A DNA stretch of 64,000 nucleotides, from the NCBI GenBank assembly GCA_963705775.1, contig CAVPKT010000045.1, positions 4,506 to 68,505 on the forward strand, read 5' to 3'. Position numbers and translations under genes: made by a program. The stretch comes from an uncultured Solirubrobacterales bacterium. GTDB taxonomy: Bacteria; Actinomycetota; Thermoleophilia; Solirubrobacterales; Solirubrobacteraceae. Below are positions 63,231 through 64,000 of the stretch, piece by piece (position 1 is the first letter of the stretch; each line of letters starts with the position of its first letter). Under the pieces are notes generated by a model. The model saw nothing but the letters and a program-made list of their open reading frames with translations. It did not search any database and was not told where the DNA came from.

Positions 63231-63401
63231 GGCAATCCCCTGAAATCCGGGTGCCTACAGTTATGTCACCTTCGAAAACCTGCCAATTTGCAGGGACATT
63301 TGGTGATTCGTCCAGTCTCGCGTACAATCACCGCCTCCCCCGTCGCGGCCGGTTGATTGCTTGCGCGCGGGGCCGATAAACCCCCTCCCCTGAGTTGATA
63401 A

Positions 63402-64000
63402 ATGCCGATTGCTTTTAAAGAATGGGCCGTCACTGTACGGGCTCTCGCCGAAGGCGAGCAGCTCGTCACCTTGAGAAAAGGCGGCATCCGCGAGCCTGAG
63501 AAGCACTTCAAGCTCGACCACGAGAGGTTCTTCCTCTACCCCACGTTCGACCACCAGTGCGCGGACCTCGTGCGCGAATCGCATCAGCCCGAGCTGTCGC
63601 GAGCGCTCGAGGAAGGCGTCTGGAGCGAAGGTGAGCCGCCGCCGCATGCGCTGCGGCGCGACGTCCCTCTGACCCCGCCTGACCGCGTGCGGATCCGGGC
63701 CTGGGCGGAGGTCTCCGGGCACTTCACGGTCACGGACCGCCGCACGGTCGACGCGTTGTCGCCGTTCTACGTCTGGACGCCGGACTACGCAGAGAAGCGC
63801 CTGGCATGGAAGCGGCGTCACCCGCTCCACGTGATCCTGCTGCGCACGTACCGGATTCCGCGGCCGGTGACGGTCAAGGTCCGCGACGAGTACGGCGGCT
63901 GCCGTTCGTGGCTCGAGCTGACGCGCGATCTCCCGTTCGAGGGGACGCCTGTCCTCTCAGATGATGAGTTCGAGCGTGCTTCCGAGGAGATTGCGTCGAT
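63402..64000 (+). CDS. DUF1802 family protein (3' partial), not in ORF track
   Basis: MPIAFKEWAVTVRALAEGEQLVTLRKGGIRE..FFLYPTFDHQ..YGGCRSW; open to the window end. Confidence 0.88.
   Translation, partial: MPIAFKEWAVTVRALAEGEQLVTLRKGGIREPEKHFKLDHERFFLYPTFDHQCADLVRESHQPELSRALEEGVWSEGEPPPHALRRDVPLTPPDRVRIRAWAEVSGHFTVTDRRTVDALSPFYVWTPDYAEKRLAWKRRHPLHVILLRTYRIPRPVTVKVRDEYGGCRSWLELTRDLPFEGTPVLSDDEFERASEEIAS

Noticed and set aside
63372-63379. GCCGATAA sigma28 -10 element before DUF1802
   Set aside because: No TAAA/TCAA -35 at the right spacing, and a housekeeping TACAAT -10 lies upstream.

Overview
High-GC (roughly 70%, by eye) actinobacterial chromosome segment. Gene content and style point to Thermoleophilia/Solirubrobacterales (inference). 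It is mostly core genome: two tRNAs (Arg-UCU, Pro-UGG), an acyl-CoA/alcohol/aldehyde catabolic cluster, trxB, an ~10 kb respiratory region, the rplM-rpsI-glmM-glmS-acpS-nnr-alr cluster, guaB3-guaA, pyrF, HU, murI-rph-rdgB, nadB and a hydantoinase/oxoprolinase A-B pair. I saw no CRISPR array, rRNA, transposase, integrase or prophage. Many genes in 1-19.7 kb, 31-34 kb and 54-60 kb have single-base frameshifts that look like long-read consensus errors, so their coordinates are approximate. The best candidate for an undescribed system is the respiratory region (18.7-28.8 kb). It holds two tandem heme-copper oxidase operons of different subtypes (A1 GHPEVY; A2 YSHPAVY with a cytochrome c-fused subunit II), with one subunit III and one heme O synthase between them. 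A tandem USP-fold protein is translationally coupled inside the A2 operon and a stand-alone CBS protein lies between the operons. There are also three small membrane ORFs missing from the ORF track and a di-heme cytochrome c lipoprotein whose second domain mirrors the oxidase's own cytochrome c domain. Other leads are a pseudoknot-capable glmS leader that is not the canonical ribozyme, a probable CC-adding tRNA nucleotidyltransferase, an S9 with a ~170 aa acidic extension, a Cys-retaining GuaB3, and recurring TTGC/GCAA palindromes in intergenic regions.
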